Positions 36,334 through 45,447 of a stretch of DNA of 64,000 bases are shown piece after piece (positions within the stretch are counted from its first letter, which is position 1; each line of letters starts with the position of its first letter). The DNA lies in contig OY762911.1 in the NCBI GenBank assembly GCA_963666565.1, forward strand, positions 4,352,001-4,416,000. Reading direction: 5' to 3'. The stretch comes from Thermoanaerobaculia bacterium. GTDB taxonomy: Bacteria; Acidobacteriota; Thermoanaerobaculia; Multivoradales; Multivoraceae. A model generated the notes under the pieces. The model saw only the letters and a program-made list of their open reading frames with translations, had not been told where the DNA came from and did no database searches. The position numbers and the translations under genes are program-made.

Positions 36334-36341
36334 GCTACACT
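36334..36341 (+). promoter_or_regulatory. Putative -10 element (GCTACACT) shared by paralogs 1 and 4
   Basis: CGCTACACTCC...CATCCCA context is repeated at 46671-46691, at a similar distance from the ATG. Confidence 0.45.
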
Positions 36342-36375
36342 CCGCCCATCCCACCGTCATCCCGGAGGCCCCAGC

Positions 36376-37452
36376 ATGAGACGCCGAGTCCCCGCAGCCC
36401 TGACTGCCGTCCTCGCCCTGTTGCTCGCCGCGACGGCCCTGACCGCCCAAGGCGAGATCAAGCGCGCCGCCAACGGCAAGCCGGACCTGACCGGCACCTA
36501 CGACGCCGGCACCCTGACGCCGCTCCAGCGGCCCGAGAAGTACGGCGACAACCTTTTCCTGAGCCCCGAGGACGCGGCGAAGATCGAGGCGGACGCGGCC
36601 CAGTACGCGGCCGACCGACATCGGGTTTCCGATCCGAACCGCAAGCCGCCGCCGGTGGGCGGCGACGGGACGACGGGCGGCGCCGGCAACGTCGGCGGCT
36701 ACAACCGGTTTTGGGTCGAAACCGGCACCGAGGCCTTCGCGGTCGACGGCAAGTTCCGCACGTCTATCCTCTTCGACCCTCCGAACGGCCGCATGCCGGA
36801 GATGACCGAGGCCGGCAAGGCACGATCCGCCGAGCGCCGCCGGCTGCGCCGGCCGAACGACGGTTCCGCCTGGTGGCTCGACATCGAGGGCCACGGCCCG
36901 TACGACGGCCCCGAGACGCTGCCGGTGACCGAGCGCTGCATCGTCGGCTTCACCGGCGCCACGCCGACGTTCCCGAGTCTCTACAACAACTTCAAGCGCG
37001 TGGTCCAGACCGAGGATCACGTCATGATCCTGATCGAGATGGTCCACGACGCCCGGATCGTGCGCCTGAACGCCGAGCATCCGAGTCCCGAGGAACGGAA
37101 GTGGCTCGGCCACTCCATCGGCTGGTGGGAAGGCGACTCCCTCGTCATCGACTCGCGGAACTTCCACCCGAAGGCCGTCCTGCGCGGCGCCACCCAGGAA
37201 TCGCACGTGACGGAGCGCCTCACGCTGCAGCCGAACGGCGACATCCTCTACCGGTTCACGATCGAGGATCCGGCGACCTGGGACGTCCCCTGGTCCGGCG
37301 AGTACATCTGGAAGCGGAGCGACGTGGACGTCTACGAGTACGCCTGCCACGAGGGTAACTACTCGATGGGCGGCACCCTGCGCGGCGCGCGGGTGCTCGA
37401 AGCCGACGCGATGGCCGCCAAGGCCGCGAGCACCGGCGCCGGAAGCGACTAG
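36376..37452 (+). CDS. Secreted hypothetical protein, YEYACHEGN family, paralog 1
   Basis: Signal peptide; GKPDLTG, ERC, EMVHDARIV, GWWEGD and YEYACHEGN; RBS GGAGG. Confidence 0.9.
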   Translation: MRRRVPAALTAVLALLLAATALTAQGEIKRAANGKPDLTGTYDAGTLTPLQRPEKYGDNLFLSPEDAAKIEADAAQYAADRHRVSDPNRKPPPVGGDGTTGGAGNVGGYNRFWVETGTEAFAVDGKFRTSILFDPPNGRMPEMTEAGKARSAERRRLRRPNDGSAWWLDIEGHGPYDGPETLPVTERCIVGFTGATPTFPSLYNNFKRVVQTEDHVMILIEMVHDARIVRLNAEHPSPEERKWLGHSIGWWEGDSLVIDSRNFHPKAVLRGATQESHVTERLTLQPNGDILYRFTIEDPATWDVPWSGEYIWKRSDVDVYEYACHEGNYSMGGTLRGARVLEADAMAAKAASTGAGSD

Positions 37453-38125
37453 GGCGGCGGCTCCAGCGGCAGGCGCGGATTCGCCCGGCCTCTGCGCTTC
37501 ATGTGCCGACGACGACCTTCTCCAAGGGTGCAGCCCTCACCAGCCGTCGCGAGCGACGCCCGCCCACCGAACTCCAGCGCATCGCCATCAATAGCGGTCA
37601 AGGTCTCCAGCAACTCGTTGCGGCTCCCTTCCTGGCAGTTCACCCACCCGGCACTTCTTGAATCCAGCCGATCCACGAGTCACCGGCCCGTCTGATGATC
37701 GCGGTGTCCTCCTGCAGCCTCTCCTGCTCGTCTCTCGACGATGTCTGTGATCCGCGGCCGCCCGAAACAACCTGTGCCCGGTAACTCTACTGCCACAGGA
37801 GGCCTCAACCGCCCCCGCCTGTCGCACGCCCACACACCTCCTCTAACGCCCCACGATGGACGCCCGGCCACCCCGGGAGACGCCCTAGTCTGCCGAGCAC
37901 TTCCAGAGCAACCACCCGGAACCTCGCTTCTCGCACCGCGAAGCGCCACAGCGGGCGCAACACTGGCCACCTGTCCAGCCCCACCGCTCGTCTGGACCGG
38001 CCCTCCTTAGCCCGCGCTAGCGAGCCCTCCTAGTCCGTCGCAAAGCTGCAGCGGGGCACTAGAAGAGGTGCCCCGAGTACCTGCTCCGCCTACTCGCCCG
38101 TCCGTCCCCGACCCTCGTCGCCGCA

Positions 38126-38164
38126 AAGCGTGCATGACCGTGTATAGTCGCGTACAAGCGTGCA
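38126..38164 (+). promoter_or_regulatory. Putative promoter/operator of the RHH-MTase operon
   Basis: AAGCGTGCA direct repeats at 38126 and 38156 flank TG-TATAGT (-10-like, 38143-38148). Confidence 0.4.
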
Positions 38165-38198
38165 GCTCGACCGACCTAGGACTACTTGGAGGCGCGAA

Positions 38199-38387
38199 GT
38201 GTCGACCGGCCAACGACTCAATACGACGATCGATCCCCAACTCGCGGAGCGCCTCGACCGTGAGACAAGGGGAAGAAATCCGAGACTGCCGAAGCGCTAC
38301 GTCGTAGAGCTCGCCCTGAAGAGGCTCTTCGACGACTTGGACAGAGGTCAGCTCCGACTGGACCTAACCGGGGGCGTCCATGGCTGA
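38199..38387 (+). CDS. Small ribbon-helix-helix-like regulator
   Basis: RBS GGAGG then GTG. RLNTTIDPQLAERLD...KRYVVELALKRLF shows the alternating beta strand plus two helices pattern; overlaps the MTase start. Confidence 0.65.
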   Translation: MSTGQRLNTTIDPQLAERLDRETRGRNPRLPKRYVVELALKRLFDDLDRGQLRLDLTGGVHG

Positions 38388-39882
38388 GATGCAGAGCCAG
38401 AAGAGACCAGTCATCTCGTTGTTCAGTGGCGCGATGGGGCTGGACCTGGGTCTCGAATCGGCCGGTCTTGACATCGCTGTCGCATTGGAGAGTAGCTCCT
38501 TCCCTGTCGCCACGATCAAACGGAACAGGCCTTTGCTACCCTTGATCGCCAGCCGCATCGAGACCGTTTCGAGCGAAGAGATCCTGACCGCAGCAGGGTT
38601 GGCACCAGGGGAAGCCTTCGCTGTCGTCGGTGGCCCGTCGTGCCAAGTGTTCAGCACCGCCGGCCGTAGACGGTCTTTCGCTGATCCGCGCAGCACGATG
38701 TTCGAGCACTTCGTCCGCGTGGTGCGTGACGCTCGCCCCGAGTTCCTGGTCATGGAAAACGTGCGCGGTTTGCTTTCTGCTGCAGTCCGCCATCGACCTC
38801 TGAAGCAACGGGGTCCCGGCTATCCCCGGCTGACCGAGGACGAGCTCTTGGGCTCCGCGTTCCGCGTGGTCGCAAGGACGCTTCGCGCTCTTGGCTACTA
38901 CTGCGTCTTCGACGTACTCAACGCTGCTGACTACGGTGTGCCTCAGACTCGTCTGCGACTCGTGATCATTGGCAGCCGCGACGGAAGGAGCCTGCGAATG
39001 CCGAAACCGACGCACAGCGTAGAGGGAACACAAGGCTTGGCGACGTGGAGGACGCTTGGTGAAGCTCTGGAGAACCTGAACGAGGACGATCCAGACTACT
39101 ATCCATTCTGCCCTTCCAAGGAACGCTACATGAGGCTCATTCCTGAGGGTGGCAACTGGCGTCAGCTACCAGAAGAACTGAAGCGAGAAGCCCTAGGAAG
39201 CGCCTTCTCCTCATGGGGAGGGCGCTCTGGCTTCTTTCGCCGCCTGTCCCGCGAACGCCCATGCCCAGCACTCACAACGCGGCCCGACAGTAAGGCGACC
39301 GTCTTATGCCACCCAACCGAACTGCGACCGCTCACCGTAGGCGAGTATGCACGGGTACAACAGTTTCCGGAAGACTGGATCTTCGAAGGGTCTGTCCGGA
39401 AGAAGTACGAGCAGCTCGGCAACGCAGTACCTGTCGGCTTAGGCGCAGCGATCGGAGCGGCATTGGTGGACGCCTCTCGTAGCCAGGTCCGCGAAAGCCG
39501 ACTCGGTCGTTTCGAGTCGTTCAACTTGGACCTCCTTGGCAAGCTCTCCAGGCGGCCCAAAACCATCCTGAACCCGCCTCGGATGCGGTCGGACGAGGAC
39601 CAGAGCGCAATCGCGGACTGGCACGGAGATAGCCAGAGGACACGAGAAGACGCCCACGACTACGTCCCGCCTGAACTCGCCAAGCAATTCGACACTCTCA
39701 CCACTCAGAAGCCGCGGCGCTCCAGACGAAGTGCTCGCGTCGCTCCCCACTCTTCGCGCCGAACGGAGGCGGGCAGAGCGCAGCGCCGATCTCCTGAAGG
39801 AACGCTAGGGATCTCCGTCGCCGAACAACGGGGACAATCCACTCAACGAGCTGATCATCATCCTCTCGCAGATGACGACTAG
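38380..39882 (+). CDS. dcm: DNA (cytosine-5)-methyltransferase
   Basis: Motifs I SLFSGAMG, IV GGPSCQ, VI ENV, VIII QTRLR, IX/X RVQQFP...QLGNAVP; C-terminal tail of unclear status. Confidence 0.93.
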   Translation: MAEMQSQKRPVISLFSGAMGLDLGLESAGLDIAVALESSSFPVATIKRNRPLLPLIASRIETVSSEEILTAAGLAPGEAFAVVGGPSCQVFSTAGRRRSFADPRSTMFEHFVRVVRDARPEFLVMENVRGLLSAAVRHRPLKQRGPGYPRLTEDELLGSAFRVVARTLRALGYYCVFDVLNAADYGVPQTRLRLVIIGSRDGRSLRMPKPTHSVEGTQGLATWRTLGEALENLNEDDPDYYPFCPSKERYMRLIPEGGNWRQLPEELKREALGSAFSSWGGRSGFFRRLSRERPCPALTTRPDSKATVLCHPTELRPLTVGEYARVQQFPEDWIFEGSVRKKYEQLGNAVPVGLGAAIGAALVDASRSQVRESRLGRFESFNLDLLGKLSRRPKTILNPPRMRSDEDQSAIADWHGDSQRTREDAHDYVPPELAKQFDTLTTQKPRRSRRSARVAPHSSRRTEAGRAQRRSPEGTLGISVAEQRGQSTQRADHHPLADDD

Positions 39883-40120
39883 CCCGAGTTACCTGCGCGT
39901 CTATACTCGCCTCGAGGCCACGATTCCGCACTGACAGGGCCTCGCGGGCACCTCGGTCACGAACCTCCGGTCGTCCATGGCTGACGCCGGCCTGGCCGCG
40001 CTCAATGCCCTTCGACAAAAGCAAATCGCCGAGCCGCTAGTCGATGACTTGGGCCGAGTGTCTCTAGCCAACCCTCGCCCATTGGGACGATGACACCACG
40101 CTGCGCTACCTAACTGATTG
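39785..40120 (+). pseudogene. Endonuclease III-like (HhH-GPD) domain remnant, probably once fused to the MTase
   Basis: One frame reads ADLLKER*GSPSPNNGDNPLNELIIILSQMTT...RVYTRL...PH*QGLA...MADAGLA...GRVSLA, with two in-frame stops where Tyr and Trp are expected. Confidence 0.65.
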
Positions 40121-40126
40121 AGACCC

Positions 40127-41902
40127 TCATCCAGTCTGTGCCGTTCCCAAGAGGGTAGCCGCTTGGCGTACATCCGCGAGGAACGACTCTCGTGTGATCG
40201 GCACCTCGACCTGATCCCCAAGCAAGCTCTGTGCGGCCTGTTCCTTCCGGGTCAACAGTTCGTACTCGGCAACCTCAAGCGTCCCGTCGCACAGTATTAC
40301 CAAGTACTCTACCTCCCGTTCCTGCCCCCGGCGGTGGATCCGGTCGAGACTCTGGAGATAATGCGCCGCTTGGTTTGAGAGAGACTCATAGATGGCAACG
40401 CGGGCCCGATGCAGCGTCAGGCCAGCGCCGGCGGCGGCTGGGTTACCGACGAAGATCATCGTGTCGTCGTCCTCCTGAAAGCGCCGCACCGCGTCTCGCC
40501 GTGCCTCGATGCCCGTTACCGAACCGTCGTACCTAACGGCGCCATAGCGCGCGAAGCGTCGGCACATCGCGGCGACAGACGCCCGATAGAACGACCATAT
40601 CACTACCTTCTCACGTTCGCGGCCGACGAGCTGTCCGAGGAGTTCGTCCAACACCGACAGCTTCGCGGGCGTCTCACAGTAGGTGTCCACCACGCTTCGT
40701 GGATTCGAGCAGATTTGAAGGAGGCTCGCGCGACGCGCCAAGAAACTCGCTCGTCCCGTGACGAAACCCGTGTCGTCTACCGCCTGAACGTCCGCAATCA
40801 AGTCATTCAGTGTCCTGCGATACAGATGAGCCTGTTCCGTCGCCATCGGCACGAGGATGCGTTGGAACCGCTTGATCGGCAGGTCAGGGAGCACGTCTGA
40901 CTTCAGGTGTCGGAGAAAGAGCCCACGCTCCTTGATCGCGGATCGCACAACAGGGGCCGCCTGCGCTCGGTCCGCAGGCACGTCAACGCCCTCGAAGCAA
41001 AAGCCGAAGTCGACGAAGCTAAACTGTTGGACGAGGTCGGACGGAGAGTTCGGCGCCGGAGTACCACAGAGCACGTAGGCACGGCCGGCCCATTCCCGCA
41101 GGCGCCGGAGAGTCCGTGTGCGCTTGGCGTCGAGCGACTTGATGAAGAACGACTCGTCGATTGCGAGCACGATCCGCCCAGGTCGTGTGCGCAAGAAGGA
41201 CCGGAGCTCCGCTTCCATACTCACCGCCGCCTCGAAGTTGGTCACGAAGATGTCGGAGCCCTCCGCTAGCAACCGACGCCTCTCCCGCTCCGAGCCGGTC
41301 AATACTGACGTACGATAGAGGCCCCTTCGGAATCGGGTCAGGTCTCTGGGCCATTCGCCAATCATGCTCTTCGGCGCAACAATGATCGCCGCGTCGGCTT
41401 GGTCCCGCTCCACGAGCAGGTCGAAGGCAAAGATGAACGTCACCGTCTTGCCGGCTCCCTGCTCGTCAAAGACGCAAAGGCCGGGACTCTGCGGTATAGC
41501 CATCGCGGCAACGTTCACAATCTGGTGGTCGTCCAAGACTCCATGACCGTCACTGTCCGGGATCATCCGCGCGGCCAGAGCGGCCCCGCCCCGCCGGATC
41601 CGATGCAATGCCTTGAACACGTCAGCATGGACAGACGCGACATGCCGGCGATTCTCGACGAAGCGCCGGGACTCGGAACTCCAGCACAACTCAATCTCCG
41701 ATCCTAACTCGGCGAGGCGCCCAACGAGTGGTGCGGGAACGCTGACACCTTCGGCGGAACGCCTGATGCCGACTCCGTCAGTGCCAAGTCCCACCCTAAG
41801 CGCCCTCAAGAGAGCATTCCCCTCACCACGTCCCGGCACCAGGAAGAGGGCATCGAGAGTCTCCGCGCTCCTGACATCGACTCGCAGACGGCTGGGCCGC
41901 AT
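40127..41902 (-). CDS. SNF2-family helicase/ATPase
   Basis: DEQGAGKT, APKS, DES, CGTPAPN, GAGLTL and QSLDRIHRRGQ. ATG at 41902 overlaps the upstream stop (TGATG). Confidence 0.88.
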   Translation of the reverse strand: MRPSRLRVDVRSAETLDALFLVPGRGEGNALLRALRVGLGTDGVGIRRSAEGVSVPAPLVGRLAELGSEIELCWSSESRRFVENRRHVASVHADVFKALHRIRRGGAALAARMIPDSDGHGVLDDHQIVNVAAMAIPQSPGLCVFDEQGAGKTVTFIFAFDLLVERDQADAAIIVAPKSMIGEWPRDLTRFRRGLYRTSVLTGSERERRRLLAEGSDIFVTNFEAAVSMEAELRSFLRTRPGRIVLAIDESFFIKSLDAKRTRTLRRLREWAGRAYVLCGTPAPNSPSDLVQQFSFVDFGFCFEGVDVPADRAQAAPVVRSAIKERGLFLRHLKSDVLPDLPIKRFQRILVPMATEQAHLYRRTLNDLIADVQAVDDTGFVTGRASFLARRASLLQICSNPRSVVDTYCETPAKLSVLDELLGQLVGREREKVVIWSFYRASVAAMCRRFARYGAVRYDGSVTGIEARRDAVRRFQEDDDTMIFVGNPAAAGAGLTLHRARVAIYESLSNQAAHYLQSLDRIHRRGQEREVEYLVILCDGTLEVAEYELLTRKEQAAQSLLGDQVEVPITRESFLADVRQAATLLGTAQTG

Positions 41903-43482
41903 CAACGCGTCTCTGGGGTATCCGCCGTGCTCAGATAGGTCTCGACATGCCTCAAGACTCTCCTTAGCCGTGTCAGGTTCTCTTCGGTGACCGAACCAGA
42001 CTCGCGCCCGTCGAACGCCTTGACCGGCAGGCCGAGGAACCACTCAGTGAAGACGCGGATCCTCGTGTTCGCACCAGTCTGCCGCCGCTCCGCGCGAGCT
42101 GCTCGCGCCAAGCTGATCGCGTTGTCGACTTCTTCCTGGCCCGCGTCCACGTCTGACTCGTCACGGGCCTTGCGGAGGAGTCCGACAGCGTCCTCGTTCT
42201 CGTATACATACTTGAGATCCCGAATCCTCTGCCAACTCTGGAACTTGCCGTCATAGAGCAGATCGAAGACAAGATGCTTGAAGCTGTCTTCTTGGTTCAG
42301 CGACCAGTTCACTCCACCTGCACTCTTGCCCTTGTTCAACTCGTCGAAGTACTGAAACTTGTCGGACGCCCGGTGCTTCACGGCGAACTTGTCTTTCGCG
42401 CAGTCGATGACCTGATAGTCTTCGAACTCTCGCGCGAGTCCTACCATGTTGATGTACCGAGACACCTCATTGGTCGACAGTGCGAACTTCCTTGCGATGT
42501 CACGCCTAATCTCCCTCTGGCGTACGACCGTCGGGTTCGCCCTAGGCTCGAGCGCCAGCAAGGCCTCCCACTGCTCATGGACCTTCTGGGCCTTTACGTA
42601 CTCAGGCCAGTCCTGCTTGTAGTCGGGTTCGAAGTTCAGCGACACGATCACTGCCTCGCGATCCCGTGCGGTCGCGTGTTCCGTAAGTTGCCAGACCTTC
42701 AACCACTCCGCCCGTCGCTTCTCCTCGACGGTGAACTCACCTTTGCCGTCCTCCAGAATATGGTAACAGGCCGTAACCCTACGGTTCCCGTCCAGGAGCG
42801 TACCGTCCAAGTCGATGATTGGGGCTTTGCGAACACCGTTGACCGCTATACTCTTCGCCAGAGAACGGATGGCGAACTGATCTGCTTCGTCGATCCCTGG
42901 CAAGGGCATTGTTCCCTGCATGATCGCGACCAGCTCCTCGGCGTCCGGTCCGCGCCCGTACTTCTGGTGGAACTGATTCAGATGAATGTGGAGCCGCTCG
43001 TTCTCGTCCCAGAGTTGGATGTCCCGTGCGCGAACGAACCCTTCCTGCACAGCGACAGGACGTTCGTGGAACACGGGTTTGGGTCGCACCGGAGCAGGGT
43101 CGATCCCATCGAATGACCGCAAGTGCAGGCGCTTCGTGCCTCTTGACCCAGATCCAGGCGATGCCTTCGGTGTGGCGGGCCGGGTGAGCGCGCTAGTCGG
43201 TCGCCCGGCCCCTGTCAACCGCGCTCGCGCCTGCTCGACCTTCGCGACGAAGGCTGCAACGTCGCCATCAAGCAGCCTTGCCGTCTCGGCGTCGCCTCGT
43301 CTCACGGCGCCCTCGCGAACGACCTCCACCACCTTGGTGAGGAGGGCGCGCGCCTCATCGACCGAGAGCGGGTTCGCCAACCCCTCAAGCAGAGTGTCCT
43401 TGATCGACGGGCCAACGTCGGCGGACATGGAGTCTGCCGCATGTAGTAGCTCCGTGAGTGCCTTCTTGACTTCCTCGTTCAT
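41902..43482 (-). CDS. ParB/Srx N-terminal domain protein with HTH
   Basis: LAKSIAVNGVRKAPII...LLDGNRR (GxxR motif), KQDW..Y.KA, and HTH-like IARKFALSTNEVSRYI; RBS GGAGG. Confidence 0.8.
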   Translation of the reverse strand: MNEEVKKALTELLHAADSMSADVGPSIKDTLLEGLANPLSVDEARALLTKVVEVVREGAVRRGDAETARLLDGDVAAFVAKVEQARARLTGAGRPTSALTRPATPKASPGSGSRGTKRLHLRSFDGIDPAPVRPKPVFHERPVAVQEGFVRARDIQLWDENERLHIHLNQFHQKYGRGPDAEELVAIMQGTMPLPGIDEADQFAIRSLAKSIAVNGVRKAPIIDLDGTLLDGNRRVTACYHILEDGKGEFTVEEKRRAEWLKVWQLTEHATARDREAVIVSLNFEPDYKQDWPEYVKAQKVHEQWEALLALEPRANPTVVRQREIRRDIARKFALSTNEVSRYINMVGLAREFEDYQVIDCAKDKFAVKHRASDKFQYFDELNKGKSAGGVNWSLNQEDSFKHLVFDLLYDGKFQSWQRIRDLKYVYENEDAVGLLRKARDESDVDAGQEEVDNAISLARAARAERRQTGANTRIRVFTEWFLGLPVKAFDGRESGSVTEENLTRLRRVLRHVETYLSTADTPETR

Positions 43483-43493
43483 CGTTCCACCTC

Positions 43494-44174
43494 CTAGTTC
43501 GGGTCTGTGTCTGTGTCAGACAGCTCCACTAACGCCGCGACACCTTCCTGGTCTGCCAATCGGCGGAGTCGCTTCAAGCCCCGTGAGACTAGAGTCCGAG
43601 CAGCGGCAGCCGAGATGTCGAGCTGTTCAGCGATATCCGCCGCAGGTAAGTCGGGAAGCTCGTTCTCTACTGCATCGATCAGAATCTCCATCACATCGAC
43701 CACCTGCCCATAGCCAATCCTGGGAAGAAGCTCCCGGGCCATCCGTATCGCCTCCTTTCGGCGCTCCTCCCTCTTGCGACGGCGCTCTTCCGCCTCGCGT
43801 CGTGTTTCCGCTGAGTCCGGCGCTCCCGGAAGAGTCACAACATCGGCATCCTGTCGCCGAGAGTAGTCAGACCGCCACCTGTCGTCTGCGTGGTTCCTAG
43901 CCACCTTCCACAGCCATGCACCGAGGCTACGAATCTGCCGACCCTCGAACGCTGCGGCGCAAGCAGCATCCACAGCTTGTGCTATACACTCATCTACCTC
44001 GTGTGCTGGAAGGGTATCGCCCCACTGCTTCTGCAGCCTTCGTGTCAGACCGTCGAGGTAGCGACTCACGGCCAGAGCTTCGAGCATCGTAACCGGATCG
44101 CCCCGATTGACCGCCTCTTCCGCTTGCTCCAGCAGCAGCGCCGCGTCGTCGACTCTGGCCTTACTTGCACTCAC
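43494..44174 (-). CDS. ECF-type sigma-70 family factor
   Basis: Region 2-like GAWLWKVARNHADDRWR and region 4.2-like AADIAEQLDISAAAARTLVSRGLKRLR. Confidence 0.8.
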   Translation of the reverse strand: MSASKARVDDAALLLEQAEEAVNRGDPVTMLEALAVSRYLDGLTRRLQKQWGDTLPAHEVDECIAQAVDAACAAAFEGRQIRSLGAWLWKVARNHADDRWRSDYSRRQDADVVTLPGAPDSAETRREAEERRRKREERRKEAIRMARELLPRIGYGQVVDVMEILIDAVENELPDLPAADIAEQLDISAAAARTLVSRGLKRLRRLADQEGVAALVELSDTDTDPN

Positions 44175-44340
44175 GCTGCACCCATCGGCACCCGAACATG
44201 CCCTGCTCGTAGTATCGCCATGTCCAATAGTCCCAGTGCGAAACAGGTCTCCTCGGCTGTCCTACCCACCATAGCCAGAGACTCCAGATCCGCAGGGCTT
44301 GGCGGGTCTTCCCGGCACACCGTAAGGCGACGGAGGGAAG
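44171..44340 (-). pseudogene. 3' remnant of an unknown gene upstream of the sigma factor, truncated at the island edge
   Basis: Open frame ...LESLAMVGRTAEETCFALGLLDMAILRAGHVRVPMGAA*, whose stop overlaps the sigma GTG (GTGA). Confidence 0.45.
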
Positions 44341-44341
44341 A

Positions 44342-45424
44342 GTGATGGGAATGCGAGTCCCCGCAGCCTTGACCGCCATCCTCGCCCTGCTGCTCGCCGC
44401 GCCGGCCCTGACCGCCGAAGGCGAGATCAAGCGCGCCGCCAACGGCAAGCCGGACCTGACCGGCACCTACGACGCCGGCACCCTGACGCCGCTCCAGCGG
44501 CCCGAGAAGTACGGCGAGAACCTCTTCCTGAGCCCGGAGGACGCGGCGAAGATCGAGGCGGACGCGGCCAAGTACGCCGCCGACCGGCACCAAGTCTCCG
44601 ATCCGAACCGCAAACCGCCGCCGGTCGGCGGCGACGGGACGACGGGCGGCGCCGGCAACGTCGGCGGCTACAACCGGTTCTGGGTCGAGACCGGGACCGA
44701 GGCGTTCGCGGTCGACGGCAAGTTCCGCACCTCGATCCTCTTCGATCCTCCGAACGGACGCATCCCGGAGATGACGGAGGCCGGCCAAGCCCGGGCCGCC
44801 GAGCGCCGCCGGCTGCGGCGGCCGAACGACGGCTCCGCCTGGTGGCTCGACATCGAGGGCCACGGCCCGTACGACGGCCCGGAGACGCTGCCGGTGACGG
44901 AGCGCTGCATCGTCGGCTTCACCGGCGCCACGCCGACCTTCCCGAGCCTCTACAACAACTTCAAGCGCGTAGTGCAGACCGAAGACCACGTCATGATCCT
45001 GATCGAGATGGTCCACGACGCCCGCATCGTGCGCCTGAACGCGGAGCATCCGAGCCCCGAGGAGCGCAAGTGGCTGGGCCACTCGATCGGCTGGTGGGAA
45101 GGCGACACCCTCGTCATCGACTCGCGGAACTTCCACCCGAAGGCCGTCCTGCGCGGCGCCACGCAGGAGTCCCACGTCACGGAGCGCCTCACGCTACAGC
45201 CGGACGGGAACATCCTCTACCGGTTCACGATCGAGGATCCGGCGACCTGGGACGTCCCCTGGTCCGGCGAGTACATCTGGAAGCGGAGCGCCGTGGACGT
45301 CTACGAGTACGCCTGCCACGAGGGCAACTACTCGATGGGCGGCACGCTCCGCGGCGCGCGTGTGCTCGAAGCCGACGCCATGGCCGCCGAGGCGGCGAGC
45401 ACCGGCGCCGGCAGCGGCGACTGA
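44342..45424 (+). CDS. Secreted hypothetical protein, paralog 2 (near-identical to paralog 1)
   Basis: Differs from 36376-37452 by only a few residues. The exact start (44342, 44345 or 44351) is uncertain. Confidence 0.9.
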   Translation: MMGMRVPAALTAILALLLAAPALTAEGEIKRAANGKPDLTGTYDAGTLTPLQRPEKYGENLFLSPEDAAKIEADAAKYAADRHQVSDPNRKPPPVGGDGTTGGAGNVGGYNRFWVETGTEAFAVDGKFRTSILFDPPNGRIPEMTEAGQARAAERRRLRRPNDGSAWWLDIEGHGPYDGPETLPVTERCIVGFTGATPTFPSLYNNFKRVVQTEDHVMILIEMVHDARIVRLNAEHPSPEERKWLGHSIGWWEGDTLVIDSRNFHPKAVLRGATQESHVTERLTLQPDGNILYRFTIEDPATWDVPWSGEYIWKRSAVDVYEYACHEGNYSMGGTLRGARVLEADAMAAEAASTGAGSGD

Positions 45425-45447
45425 TCGAAACCACGGAGGACAGAGAA

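Noticed and set aside
37453-38120. Short ORFs or an ncRNA at the left end of the island
   Set aside because: No recognisable motif, RBS or convincing structure; probably decayed sequence.
39785-40120. Stop-codon recoding (TAG/TGA read-through) in the HhH-like frame
   Set aside because: Both stop types occur alongside frameshifts and truncation, and other genes use TAG/TGA as normal stops; pseudogenisation is simpler.
41902-43482. Chromosome or plasmid partition locus
   Set aside because: No ParA or parS-like palindrome is seen, and the protein is much longer than canonical ParB and coupled to SNF2.
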